Assembly (NCBI GenBank): GCA_964525415.1
Contig: CAZGGZ010000002.1
Span: forward strand, 17,764-81,763
From: an uncultured Rikenellaceae bacterium
GTDB taxonomy: Bacteria > Bacteroidota > Bacteroidia > Bacteroidales > VadinHA17
Reading direction: 5' to 3'
Length of the DNA stretch: 64,000 nt
Shown here: positions 28,223 to 36,748 of the stretch, one piece after another
Layout of the letters: each line of letters starts with the position of its first letter
Numbering within the stretch: the stretch's first letter is position 1
Notes under the pieces: generated by a model
The model's database searches: none
Seen by the model: only the letters and a program-made list of their open reading frames with translations
Told to the model about the DNA's origin: nothing
Program-made: the position numbers and the translations under genes

Positions 28223-28696
28223 ATGTCAGTCAACGAGGTTCAGGACACCATAATCGGGGAGTTTTCAGTATTTGAAGACTGGATGGATAAATACAACCTG
28301 CTGATAGAATTCGGAAAGGATCTTCCGGCCATCGATCCCGGATTCAAGGTCAAAGACTACCTGATAGAAGGCTGCCAATCGAAGGTGTGGCTGTATCCTG
28401 AGTTCAGCGGGAATAAAATCTCCTTCACTGCTGACAGTGATGCAATAATTACAAGAGGAATAGTTGCTCTGCTGATCAAAGTCCTTTCCGGCCGTACTCC
28501 TGATGAGATCATTTCTGCCGATCTTTATTTCATTGACAGGATCGGTCTCAGACAGAACCTGTCGCCGACAAGGTCAAACGGGCTTCTTTCAATGGTCAGG
28601 CAAATGAAACTGTACGCGATGGCATATAAGGCGACCGGCTGCCGGCAACCGGCTGACGGCGAAAGAAAAACAGAAAGTAAAAATGGATCCTGCTGA
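28223..28696 (+). CDS. sufE: Cysteine desulfuration protein SufE, with a repeat-derived C-terminal extension
   Basis: 157 aa with the conserved GCQSKVW active-site motif. The last ~20 aa (ATGCRQPADGERKTESKNGSC) are encoded by the CCGG-heptad element and overlap the next gene by 14 nt. Confidence 0.88.
   Translation: MSVNEVQDTIIGEFSVFEDWMDKYNLLIEFGKDLPAIDPGFKVKDYLIEGCQSKVWLYPEFSGNKISFTADSDAIITRGIVALLIKVLSGRTPDEIISADLYFIDRIGLRQNLSPTRSNGLLSMVRQMKLYAMAYKATGCRQPADGERKTESKNGSC
28631..28663. repeat. CCGG-heptad repeat element, copy 2 (inside the sufE 3' end)
   Basis: Sequence is GCGACCGGCTGCCGGCAACCGGCTGACGGCGAA. It has an exact 19-mer match to copy 1 and an exact 13-mer (CCGGCAACCGGCT) match to copy 3. 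Confidence 0.8.
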
Positions 28697-29003
28697 AAGA
28701 CTTGAAACAGAGACCAGGCTGGTCGGGGTGCTTAAGAGCATTTTTGATCCGGAGATACCTGTAAATATATTCGACCTTGGTTTGATCTACAATATTGAAG
28801 TTGATGACAACCAGATAGCGCATATCACCATGACTCTTACTGCTCCCAACTGCCCGATGGCGGATCAGCTGATAGAGGAGGTCAAATATAAAGTGGCAGG
28901 CACAAAGGGAATAAAGGATTGTGATCTTAAGCTTACTTTCAATCCTCCATGGGATAAAAATATGCTCAGCGATGAGGCAAAGCTTGAACTTGGTTTTCTT
29001 TAA
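28683..29003 (+). CDS. sufT: DUF59/SufT-like Fe-S assembly protein
   Basis: 106 aa with the DPEIPVNIFDLGLIY...TLTAPNCP motif of the DUF59 (MIP18) family. It is the last gene of the suf cluster. Confidence 0.85.
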   Translation: MDPAERLETETRLVGVLKSIFDPEIPVNIFDLGLIYNIEVDDNQIAHITMTLTAPNCPMADQLIEEVKYKVAGTKGIKDCDLKLTFNPPWDKNMLSDEAKLELGFL

Positions 29004-29012
29004 TACAATCTT

Positions 29013-29960
29013 ATGGAAACGGCTGATAGTTATAATCTGTCACTCCGGATAAAGGAGAAAGCTCTTGAATTAGGATTTGATATATGCGGCATAGCCAGGG
29101 CTCGCGCACTTAAAGAACGCGAATCATCATTAAAAGCATGGCTCGAGGCAGGCATGAATGATAAAATGGGATATCTTGAGAGGGAGCCTGAAAAAAGATT
29201 CAATCCGGGCCTTGTTTTCCCGGGTACAAAATCACTGGTAGTTACAGGGATCAGCTATTATTCGGAGATCAAGCAAAAGGAAAAAGAAGTTCCGGTTCTT
29301 TCCAGGTATACTTACGGAACTGATTATCATGATGTTATTCTTCCGAAACTCGAAAAAATTCTGACCTGGGTGAAAGAGAGAGTACCTGAAGCTGAAGGAA
29401 AGGCGTTTTCCGATACAGGATTTCTTCATGAGAAGTCCTGGATCAATGAAGCAGGCCTGGGGTGGCAGGGTCGCCATTCAATTATGATAAGCAAAGAGAT
29501 AGGATCGTTTTTTTTCATCGGCATCCTTATGCTGAATATTGAGCTGGATTATGATGAACCATTCAAGGGTGAATTCTGCGGCAGTTGCAGATTATGCATT
29601 GATTACTGTCCGACCAGTGCCATTAATGATAACAGAACCATTGATGCAAGGAAGTGTATTTCGAACCGGACCATTGAGAACAGGGGACCGATACCTGAAG
29701 AGATAATTCCGAAGCTTGGAGGGAGAGTATATGGGTGTGACAAATGCCAGGAGGTATGTCCCTGGAATAAGAACATAAAACCAAATTCTCATCCGGAATT
29801 CATAATTGACGAAAAAATAGCCGGCATGAGCCGTGAGGAGTGGGAATCTCTTACGGAAGATCAATTTCAAAAGCTCTTTAAAAAAACTGCTCTTGTCAGG
29901 ATAAAATATGAAGACTTCATGAGAAACATCTCTGCCGCACTAAAATCAATTGCCGTCTGA
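29013..29960 (+). CDS. queG: tRNA epoxyqueuosine(34) reductase
   Basis: 315 aa with two 4Fe-4S motifs (CGSCRLCIDYCP, CDKCQEVCPWN) and an N-terminal QueG-type domain. Confidence 0.88.
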   Translation: METADSYNLSLRIKEKALELGFDICGIARARALKERESSLKAWLEAGMNDKMGYLEREPEKRFNPGLVFPGTKSLVVTGISYYSEIKQKEKEVPVLSRYTYGTDYHDVILPKLEKILTWVKERVPEAEGKAFSDTGFLHEKSWINEAGLGWQGRHSIMISKEIGSFFFIGILMLNIELDYDEPFKGEFCGSCRLCIDYCPTSAINDNRTIDARKCISNRTIENRGPIPEEIIPKLGGRVYGCDKCQEVCPWNKNIKPNSHPEFIIDEKIAGMSREEWESLTEDQFQKLFKKTALVRIKYEDFMRNISAALKSIAV

Positions 29961-29965
29961 CAGTT

Positions 29966-30376
29966 CTATAATTTATCCTCTATTACAGTTACAACAACCT
30001 CCCGCTGGCTTCTCGGACCGTCAAACTCACACAGGAATATATTCTGCCACGTAGATAATCCGGCATTGCCGTCAACAACCGGGATAGTCTCTGATGCGCC
30101 TACCAGCCCGGCTTTAAGATGGGCATCACCGTTATTGTCCTGATGATCATGCTCCCATATTCCCGAAGGTATCAGCCTGTTGAGCAGGGTGACAACATCA
30201 TTCTGAACTGACTGGTCCCAGTTCTCCTGGATCATTATTGCTGCAGTTGAGCCTCTGGCATAGACCGAAGCAATACCGGTCCTGACTTTGCTTTCCTTTA
30301 TTACTTCATGAACTTTTGCGGTAATGTCATATAAGCCGTTCTTACGGTCGGTACGGAGGGTAATTATCTTTTGCAT
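29966..30376 (-). CDS. yjbQ: YjbQ/UPF0047 family protein (secondary thiamine-phosphate synthase-like)
   Basis: About 136 aa with ...DIT..V......G......GSTAA....EN......D....L..L.P......H.....NGDAHLKA... The MQKII start at 30376 is preferred over the track start at 30412. Confidence 0.8.
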   Translation of the reverse strand: MQKIITLRTDRKNGLYDITAKVHEVIKESKVRTGIASVYARGSTAAIMIQENWDQSVQNDVVTLLNRLIPSGIWEHDHQDNNGDAHLKAGLVGASETIPVVDGNAGLSTWQNIFLCEFDGPRSQREVVVTVIEDKL

Positions 30377-30468
30377 TATAATCTTGTTTACTTTTTGAAA
30401 TAAAATTAACATATGTTTTTTACCTTTCTGTCAGTATTACGTCTTATTATCAGAAAGCCGACCGGAAT

Positions 30469-31014
30469 TTGATTGATTTTGAGATCATAGAAGAGTGCAG
30501 GAAAGGTAACCTGAGTAATTTCAGGAAGCTTGTTGGAGAAACCGCTCCGTATGCTTTCTCAGTAGCCTTCAGGATGCTTGGCGATGAAGCACTGGCTGAA
30601 GACATTGTCCAGGAAACGATGGTTACCATCTGGCAAAAGATAGGAAGAATAAGATCAGTGGATGGATTTAAAAAGTGGTTATACAAAATAGTTATAAATA
30701 AATGCTATGATGAATTGCGGAGGAAAAAAAGAATACAGGAATACAATCCAAGTGATCCGGAATGGGCAGTCATATCGAACCATCTTTCACATGAACCAGT
30801 AGCAGAAATGGAAAACCGGGAAACAGCTGCTTTGATAAGCCTTTTGACATATTGTCTGAGTCCCAGGCAGAAAGCGGTATTTGTTCTTTGCGATCTGGAA
30901 GAGATGACACTGGATGAGGCATCGGAAATTACAGGGATGAGGAAAGCAAATATTAAGGCAAACCTTCATTATGCAAGGAAAAGAATTAATGAAATGATAA
31001 CAAAATATATCTGA
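30469..31014 (+). CDS. ECF-type RNA polymerase sigma-70 factor
   Basis: 181 aa with region 2 (AEDIVQETMVTIWQKI...WLYKIVINKCYDELRRK) and region 4 (LSPRQKAVFVLCDLEEMTLDEASEITGMRKANIKANLHYARKRI). The start codon is TTG. Confidence 0.88.
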   Translation: MIDFEIIEECRKGNLSNFRKLVGETAPYAFSVAFRMLGDEALAEDIVQETMVTIWQKIGRIRSVDGFKKWLYKIVINKCYDELRRKKRIQEYNPSDPEWAVISNHLSHEPVAEMENRETAALISLLTYCLSPRQKAVFVLCDLEEMTLDEASEITGMRKANIKANLHYARKRINEMITKYI

Positions 31015-31015
31015 A

Positions 31016-31558
31016 ATGAACAGTGATGAAGCTAAATATGACAGGGTTCTGGATTTGCTCAGGAAATCCAGACCTGTTTTGGATTCAAAGGAAGAAATTG
31101 AAGAAAAGGTAATCAGGATTATCACTCAAAAACAGGATAAGAAAGAGATATCTTCAGGAGTTCTGGATTTCCTTTTCGGATGGGTTTATGTAGGATGGGT
31201 GAGAACTGGCCTCGTTGCTGCATCAGTCATCCTGATAATTGCATTTGTTTACCAGCAGGCAGTAATAATCAAACGAATAAATAACCTGAACAGGCAGGCT
31301 ATATATATTGAAAGCCAGATAATTACAGGGAGATCACTTGATTCTGACGCCGGTTATTTCTACAGGCTTGCCGGAAGAAAGCTACAATCAGGAGACAAAA
31401 TGATTTCTGAAAAACAAGTGAAACAGGTTATCAAATCATATAATGAACTCGAAAAGAAATATAAGGATCTGATAAAACTTATTGAAGATGATCCTGAACT
31501 GATGAAGTATATCGAGGAAAAACTTATTGAAAACAACAAGAAAAAATTTAAACTGTAA
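31016..31558 (+). CDS. Hypothetical single-pass membrane protein, positional candidate anti-sigma factor
   Basis: 180 aa starting 1 nt after the sigma stop. It has one central TM helix (WVRTGLVAASVILIIAFVY). No zf-HC2 motif is visible, so the function is inferred from position only. Confidence 0.5.
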   Translation: MNSDEAKYDRVLDLLRKSRPVLDSKEEIEEKVIRIITQKQDKKEISSGVLDFLFGWVYVGWVRTGLVAASVILIIAFVYQQAVIIKRINNLNRQAIYIESQIITGRSLDSDAGYFYRLAGRKLQSGDKMISEKQVKQVIKSYNELEKKYKDLIKLIEDDPELMKYIEEKLIENNKKKFKL

Positions 31559-31562
31559 TATC

Positions 31563-32612
31563 ATGAAAAGAAAACCTTTAAAATTTGTTGTCTCTTTAAT
31601 TCTCGTTATGATGGTATCATGCGGTGAACCGGAAACTGTTGTAACCGATATCGTGCATGCCGACGGATCGGTGACAAAGAAGATTGAAATGAAAAACATG
31701 GAGAATAATTTTAAAATTCCGAATGTCCAGGTGCCCTATGATTCAACCTGGATCATCAGGGATTCGCTTGAAATCAGTGAAAAGGGAGATACAACATATA
31801 TCAGACATGCAGAAAAGCTGTTTGCAAGCGTTGATGAAATTAACAATGACTATCTTACAGATAGCTCTAATAACGAAGATATTACACGCAGAGCCGAATT
31901 CAGGAAAAAATTCAAGTGGTTTAATACTGAATACAGGTTTGCCGAGGTGATCGAGAAAACGATGTCTTATGGTTATCCGGTTACAAATTTTCTGAATGAA
32001 GAAGAGCTCGCCTGGTTTTATTCTCCTGATAAGATTACAAGTGAGAAATTAAACGGCCCTGACAGTTTGAAGTACAAATCATTCAGCGATTCAATCGACA
32101 AAAAAATTGAAAAATGGACAATAAGAAGTCTTATTACGGATTGGATAGGTGAATTTACGGAAATCACAAAAGGGGAAGCCCGGGGTGATATGGCCACAGA
32201 AACATTAAAGAAACGTGAGGACGAGCTTTTCAGTATAATAGAGGAAGGTGGTGAAGAATTTGACAGCCTCTGGTCGAACGGGCTTTTTATAAAGGAATTC
32301 ATAGGTGAAGCCAATGCCAATAAATACCAGGCTGAAATTGATTCGGCTGGAAACATTGTTTCTGAACATATCTGGGTTGATTTCTCTGCTTATACTCAAA
32401 GGATCGTCATGCCGGGAGAGATTATAGGGACCAATGGTTTCATTGATTCTACAAAAACATTGTCCTGGCCGGTCCATTCCGATTTCTTTATGACTGAGCC
32501 ATATATAATGTATGCCGAATCGAAGATCCCCAACAAATGGGCATGGATCGTATCAGGGATCTTTCTGTTGTTTGTATTTGCCGGAATAATTTTCAGGATA
32601 ATTAAAAAGTAA
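31563..32612 (+). CDS. Hypothetical lipoprotein with an additional C-terminal TM anchor
   Basis: It has a lipobox (LILVMMVSC) after the MKRKPLKF start at 31563; the track start at 31527 is probably too early. The C-terminal helix is WAWIVSGIFLLFVFAGIIF. I recognise no family. Confidence 0.6.
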   Translation: MKRKPLKFVVSLILVMMVSCGEPETVVTDIVHADGSVTKKIEMKNMENNFKIPNVQVPYDSTWIIRDSLEISEKGDTTYIRHAEKLFASVDEINNDYLTDSSNNEDITRRAEFRKKFKWFNTEYRFAEVIEKTMSYGYPVTNFLNEEELAWFYSPDKITSEKLNGPDSLKYKSFSDSIDKKIEKWTIRSLITDWIGEFTEITKGEARGDMATETLKKREDELFSIIEEGGEEFDSLWSNGLFIKEFIGEANANKYQAEIDSAGNIVSEHIWVDFSAYTQRIVMPGEIIGTNGFIDSTKTLSWPVHSDFFMTEPYIMYAESKIPNKWAWIVSGIFLLFVFAGIIFRIIKK

Positions 32613-32633
32613 AGGCGTTGCACGCAACGCCTT
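32612..32633. terminator. Perfect hairpin between convergent genes (AAGGCGTTGC-ac-GCAACGCCTT)
   Basis: Read directly. On the minus strand it is followed by TTACTTTTTAATT, which is T-rich. It starts at the last base of the stop codon of the + strand gene. Confidence 0.65.
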
Positions 32634-32634
32634 A

Positions 32635-32649
32635 CCTAACCTAACCTAA
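32635..32649. repeat. Pentamer tandem repeat CCTAA x3
   Basis: Read directly. It sits between the hairpin and the stop of the minus-strand ECF sigma gene. A related (TAGGT)x2.5 motif lies at 47341-47353. Confidence 0.8.
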
Positions 32650-32659
32650 TAGCTGAGTA

Positions 32660-33166
32660 CTACACGGCATAATCCTTAAGCATATGCATAAGCTTCTGCC
32701 GTGTGAAAAATATTCTGCTCTTAACTGTCCCGATCTTTAATCCAAGTTCCTCAGCAATCTCCTTGTATTTATAACCGTCAATATGCATCCTGAAGGGGAT
32801 CCTGAAATCATCCTCAAGTGAATCGATCGCTTTTTCAATTTCATTTTCTGCATAATTCGATTCCGGTGAGATAAATCCCTTATCGTGAGGCTGGTTAAGA
32901 TAATAGAGATCCTGTGTACCGTCAATTATTGTATTTTCTTTTATGTTCCTGCGGTAATTATTAATGAATGTGTTCTTCATTATAGTAAAAACCCAGGCTT
33001 TCAGGTTGGTAAAATCGACAAATTTATCTTTATGTGTAATTGCTTTTAGATATGTGTCCTGAACAAGATCCAGCGCAGTATCGCGGTCAGAAGTCAGGCT
33101 CATGGCAAACCTCTGGAGATTCGGTTTCATCCCTATAAGGTGACTGTTAAATTCTGGTGCTGTCAT
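32660..33166 (-). CDS. ECF-type RNA polymerase sigma-70 factor
   Basis: Region 2 is DLVQDTYLKAI...WVFTIMKNTFINNYRR and region 4 is YKEIAEELGLKIGTVKSRIFFTRQKL. The MTAPEF start at 33166 is supported by a consensus promoter just upstream. Confidence 0.88.
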   Translation of the reverse strand: MTAPEFNSHLIGMKPNLQRFAMSLTSDRDTALDLVQDTYLKAITHKDKFVDFTNLKAWVFTIMKNTFINNYRRNIKENTIIDGTQDLYYLNQPHDKGFISPESNYAENEIEKAIDSLEDDFRIPFRMHIDGYKYKEIAEELGLKIGTVKSRIFFTRQKLMHMLKDYAV

Positions 33167-33189
33167 AGTTCTTATTTTTAATTTCTGAA

Positions 33190-33221
33190 CAAATTTACAG
33201 ACATATATAAAGATAAACAAA
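33190..33221 (-). promoter_or_regulatory. Consensus Bacteroidota sigma-A promoter: TTTG-N20-TAAATTTG
   Basis: The minus strand reads gaTTTGtttatctttatatatgtctgTAAATTTGttcag. The -7 box ends about 23 nt upstream of the ATG at 33166 and falls inside the longer track ORF, which argues for the shorter CDS. Confidence 0.6.
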
Positions 33222-33362
33222 TCTTAATATCTTATAATCCTTATATTCTAAGATCATTCTAAATAGTGAAGATTTTTAAAAGGCAGATAATAAGGTTGTT
33301 ACAAATGAAAAAAGGGTATGATTACAAATTAAAAATAAATTGTATTTTTAAAGAAAAAACTC

Positions 33363-34187
33363 ATGGAATACAGTATCAAGCTTAAGAAAGGCCAGGTATT
33401 GAGAGGATTTATTGCAAGTCCGGGAGAGAAAGTCCGCGCTAATATAATTTTTGTGCATGGACACGGCGAACATATACAGCGTTATTCAGCCTGGGCTGAA
33501 CTTCTTAATAAAGAGTCAATAGGATTTACAGGAGTAGATCTTCCCGGGCATGGGCGGTCAGATGGTGCAAGGGGGTATATTAAAAGTTACGCCCTCACTG
33601 ATGAAATGATTGATATTCTCCACAACAGTTCTGTAAATACGTTCCCGGGGACGCCGGTATTCATTTACGGGCATAGCATGGGTGGTGGAATAGTGCTTGA
33701 TTATCTTCTCAGGAAAAAACCTGCAATAAAAGGCGCCATTGTCACATCGCCCCTTCTGAAGCTCGCTTTTGAACCTTCAAAATTTAAAATCACACTTGTA
33801 ACGGTAATGAAGTATCTTCTTCCGGGGCTTATTCAGCCGTCAGGTCTGGAAGTTAATCATATCTCCCGCGACAGGGAAGAGGTTGAAAAGTACAAAGCTG
33901 ATCCTCTGATTCACGACAAGATCTCAGTAAGCCTTTTTCACAGCATCATGAACGCTGCAGCATATTCTCTTGATCATGCCGCTGAACTTAAGGTGCCTCT
34001 TCTTCTGATGCATGGGAGTGATGACAGGATATGTTCACCTGAGGGCAGCCGCCTTATTGCGGCAAAAGCTCCATTGTCAGAACTGAAAATATGGGATGGG
34101 GGATATCATGAACTTCATAATGAACCGTTCAGACAGGAGGTATTTGAATTTCTTATGAAATGGATCAATAAAATTCTTGGCTCTTAA
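33363..34187 (+). CDS. Alpha/beta hydrolase (lysophospholipase / monoacylglycerol lipase-like)
   Basis: 274 aa with the nucleophile elbow GHSMGG, an HGxGEH oxyanion region and a C-terminal D...H (HGSDD...YHELHNE). Confidence 0.8.
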   Translation: MEYSIKLKKGQVLRGFIASPGEKVRANIIFVHGHGEHIQRYSAWAELLNKESIGFTGVDLPGHGRSDGARGYIKSYALTDEMIDILHNSSVNTFPGTPVFIYGHSMGGGIVLDYLLRKKPAIKGAIVTSPLLKLAFEPSKFKITLVTVMKYLLPGLIQPSGLEVNHISRDREEVEKYKADPLIHDKISVSLFHSIMNAAAYSLDHAAELKVPLLLMHGSDDRICSPEGSRLIAAKAPLSELKIWDGGYHELHNEPFRQEVFEFLMKWINKILGS

Positions 34188-34196
34188 GAATAATCA

Positions 34197-35228
34197 ATGG
34201 AACTAAGGACCACATTTAATATAACTCCTTCGCCGGAAAAAATCACTTATGATGTTCCGGTAATGTTCATCGGATCCTGTTTTGCCACCTCAATAGGCAG
34301 ACAGTTTGAAGCAGGACATCTGCCTGTAATGATCAATCCTTCAGGAACGGTTTATAATCCTGTCTCCGTAATAAATACTCTTGACACAATTCTTGAAGCG
34401 AAAGAATACACCGAAAAGGATCTTTATGATTTCAATGGTACATGGCTGAGTTTTGAACACTATACCGATTTTTCCTCTGAAAACAGGCAGCTGGTACTGG
34501 AAAAGATAAATAAGCGGTCCGCTGAGGCAGGAAAGTTTCTGTCAGGAGCCGGATTCCTCTTTATAACTTTCGGAACGGCAAGAGTCTACAGGTGGAAGGC
34601 AGACGGAAGAATTGTATCCAACTGCCATAAAATCCCGGCAGCCCAGTTTACTCATGAACTGCTCGATGTTGATGATATTGAAGCACTATGGACCAGCCAG
34701 CTGGATAAGCTGCATATGAACTATCCTGAGCTTAAGATTGTTTTCACCATAAGCCCTGTCCGCCACTGGAAAGATGGTCCGCACGGAAACCAGTTAAGCA
34801 AGGCAACTCTCCTTCTGGCTGTGGAAAAACTCCTGGAGCATCCATCCCATCCTGGTTATTTCCCTGCCTATGAGCTGGTCATGGATGACCTGCGTGACTA
34901 CCGGTTCTATGCCGATGACATGCTTCATCCTTCTGATGCAGCTGTGGATTATATATGGAATGCATTTTCCGGATGCTATTTTGATAAGAATACTCTTGAT
35001 ACCTGGAGAGAGGTTGAAAAGATCACCAAAGCTGTATCTCACAGGATACAATCAGGGTCGAATGAGAGTATAAGAGCATTTGCAGAAAACATTCTCAAAA
35101 AGATAGATATGCTTTGTGCAAAGAGACCATCAATTGATCTCACGGCTGAAAGGGAATATTTTCTTAACCTGAAGAATAACAGGGAGATTCCTGGCCAGGC
35201 GCCTTCGTCACTGCTCTCTCCCCATTAG
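34197..35228 (+). CDS. GSCFA-domain protein
   Basis: 343 aa carrying the literal family motif (MFIGSCFATSIG) near the N-terminus. Confidence 0.8.
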   Translation: MELRTTFNITPSPEKITYDVPVMFIGSCFATSIGRQFEAGHLPVMINPSGTVYNPVSVINTLDTILEAKEYTEKDLYDFNGTWLSFEHYTDFSSENRQLVLEKINKRSAEAGKFLSGAGFLFITFGTARVYRWKADGRIVSNCHKIPAAQFTHELLDVDDIEALWTSQLDKLHMNYPELKIVFTISPVRHWKDGPHGNQLSKATLLLAVEKLLEHPSHPGYFPAYELVMDDLRDYRFYADDMLHPSDAAVDYIWNAFSGCYFDKNTLDTWREVEKITKAVSHRIQSGSNESIRAFAENILKKIDMLCAKRPSIDLTAEREYFLNLKNNREIPGQAPSSLLSPH

Positions 35229-35269
35229 AACTAAATAAAACTTATTCTGTTGTCGTAAGGGTAAAATAG

Positions 35270-36169
35270 CTATTTCAATCCGTCAATAAGCCTCAGAAAG
35301 CCTGCAGGATCACCGGTAATCATCATTTTATCAGAGTACTTCCTGTCTGGCTCTTCGGGAGAATCTGTAAAGATTATCTTTTTAATCATCAGCGATTTGC
35401 CAAGGTTGTTGAAATATGCAGTCTTCTTTCTGGCAAAATCAAAACCGCTTGAATTCACAATAAGGTAATCAAATGGCTTGATTTTGCAGATCTCAATCAC
35501 TTCCGATGCGGGAAGTATCCCCCCGGGGAAAATGACATCAAATCCGCGCTTTTTTAATGCATATTTATAGAAAAGAAAATTATTGTCAGAAAGAATATCT
35601 GTCGTATTGATCATGGCTATGGAAGACCTTGCTTTACCCGGGCGGGGTTTGAGCAGGTTATCCTCAACAATTATAATATGCCTGATGACATTCCTGATGA
35701 ACTGCTCCTGAGCCCTTGATAAGCTACCGGTCTGCCAGAGTATTCTTGCTTTTTCAAGTAACGGATGAAGGTACCTTGAATAAGCTTCCTCCACTCCGTG
35801 ATTTCTTATATAGGGGAGAAGAGTCTCTTTGAATAATTCTTCGTTGAATTTTATTGCAGACATCAGAATTTTTCCCGGCTGAAAATTCTGATCAGTCTCA
35901 TCCCTGCTGCTGCTTAACTCCATTACCAGCCGGGTAAGCTCATCCTCATTCAGTCTGGCAATCTTTGATATTTTCATCCCGTTCCTGTTCAGGAATGAGA
36001 CATTCAGGATTTTTTTCAGCTCCGATTCATTGTAAGTTCTTATGTTAGAATCGGTTCTGTCAGGTTCAAGAATTCTGTACCTTTTTTCCCATATCCTGAT
36101 CGTATGGGCTTTGATTCCTGAGAAATTCTCAAGATCCCTGATTGAAAAAACACTGTTTCCTTCTTCCAT
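35270..36169 (-). CDS. MerR-family transcriptional regulator with a C-terminal Rossmann-like (B12-binding-like) domain
   Basis: The MerR HTH is FSIRDLENFSGIKAHTIRIWEKRYRILEPDRTDSNIRTY. The C-terminal domain lacks the DxHxxG cobalamin-ligand motif. The MEEGNS start at 36169 is preferred over 36220. Confidence 0.75.
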   Translation of the reverse strand: MEEGNSVFSIRDLENFSGIKAHTIRIWEKRYRILEPDRTDSNIRTYNESELKKILNVSFLNRNGMKISKIARLNEDELTRLVMELSSSRDETDQNFQPGKILMSAIKFNEELFKETLLPYIRNHGVEEAYSRYLHPLLEKARILWQTGSLSRAQEQFIRNVIRHIIIVEDNLLKPRPGKARSSIAMINTTDILSDNNFLFYKYALKKRGFDVIFPGGILPASEVIEICKIKPFDYLIVNSSGFDFARKKTAYFNNLGKSLMIKKIIFTDSPEEPDRKYSDKMMITGDPAGFLRLIDGLK

Positions 36170-36325
36170 GGCTAAAAAGTAAATAAAAACAAGACATATC
36201 ACTTCCCTGGTAATAAACAAACTGTCAAAAGTATTGTTTAGCGGGAAGCATGCGAAAAACTGAAAAACTTATGTCCAACAGCAGATTTTCCCCCGAAAAT
36301 CCGTATAAAATGTGAAAATAAATAT

Positions 36326-36697
36326 TTATTCGGATTGTTCAACCATAATTTTCTTAACAACCCTCACATTGTCGCTGAAAATGATTGTCACGAGATACAT
36401 CCCACGCTGAGGATTATCCAGAACAATCTTTGTAATAGTCAGAGGATTATTATACTGAGCCCTGAAAATATCCTGTCCAATAATATTGGTGATCTTAACA
36501 AAGGAGATCTCCTTGTCGCTTCTGATGGTAAAGCTGTTTTCCGTTACCGGTACAGGATATATGTTAATATTGATATTTGCAGCATCAGCGTATGCGTTCT
36601 TCTGAATATCGTACGAAGTAAAATTAACGGAATCCTTCTGGGCCTGAAGGCTTATGGTAAAAATGACAAGAAAAACCAGGAGTATACTCTTTTTCAT
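36326..36697 (-). CDS. Small secreted protein consisting almost only of a T9SS type-A C-terminal sorting domain
   Basis: 123 aa with a signal peptide (…ISLQA|Q) and about 25 aa of passenger. A CTD-like region follows (NIYPVPVTENSFTI...ITNIIGQDIF...GMYLVTIIFSDNVRVVKKIMV). Confidence 0.7.
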   Translation of the reverse strand: MKKSILLVFLVIFTISLQAQKDSVNFTSYDIQKNAYADAANININIYPVPVTENSFTIRSDKEISFVKITNIIGQDIFRAQYNNPLTITKIVLDNPQRGMYLVTIIFSDNVRVVKKIMVEQSE

Positions 36698-36748
36698 TGA
36701 TACCGTTTTGTGATTTACATCAAAAATTGTGCTAAAGTTAATAATTTT

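Noticed and set aside
32635-32649. Telomere-like (CCTAA)n repeat suggesting a linear replicon end or eukaryotic contamination
   Set aside because: There are only three units, embedded between two intact convergent bacterial genes and a terminator hairpin. Nothing else here resembles a replicon terminus.
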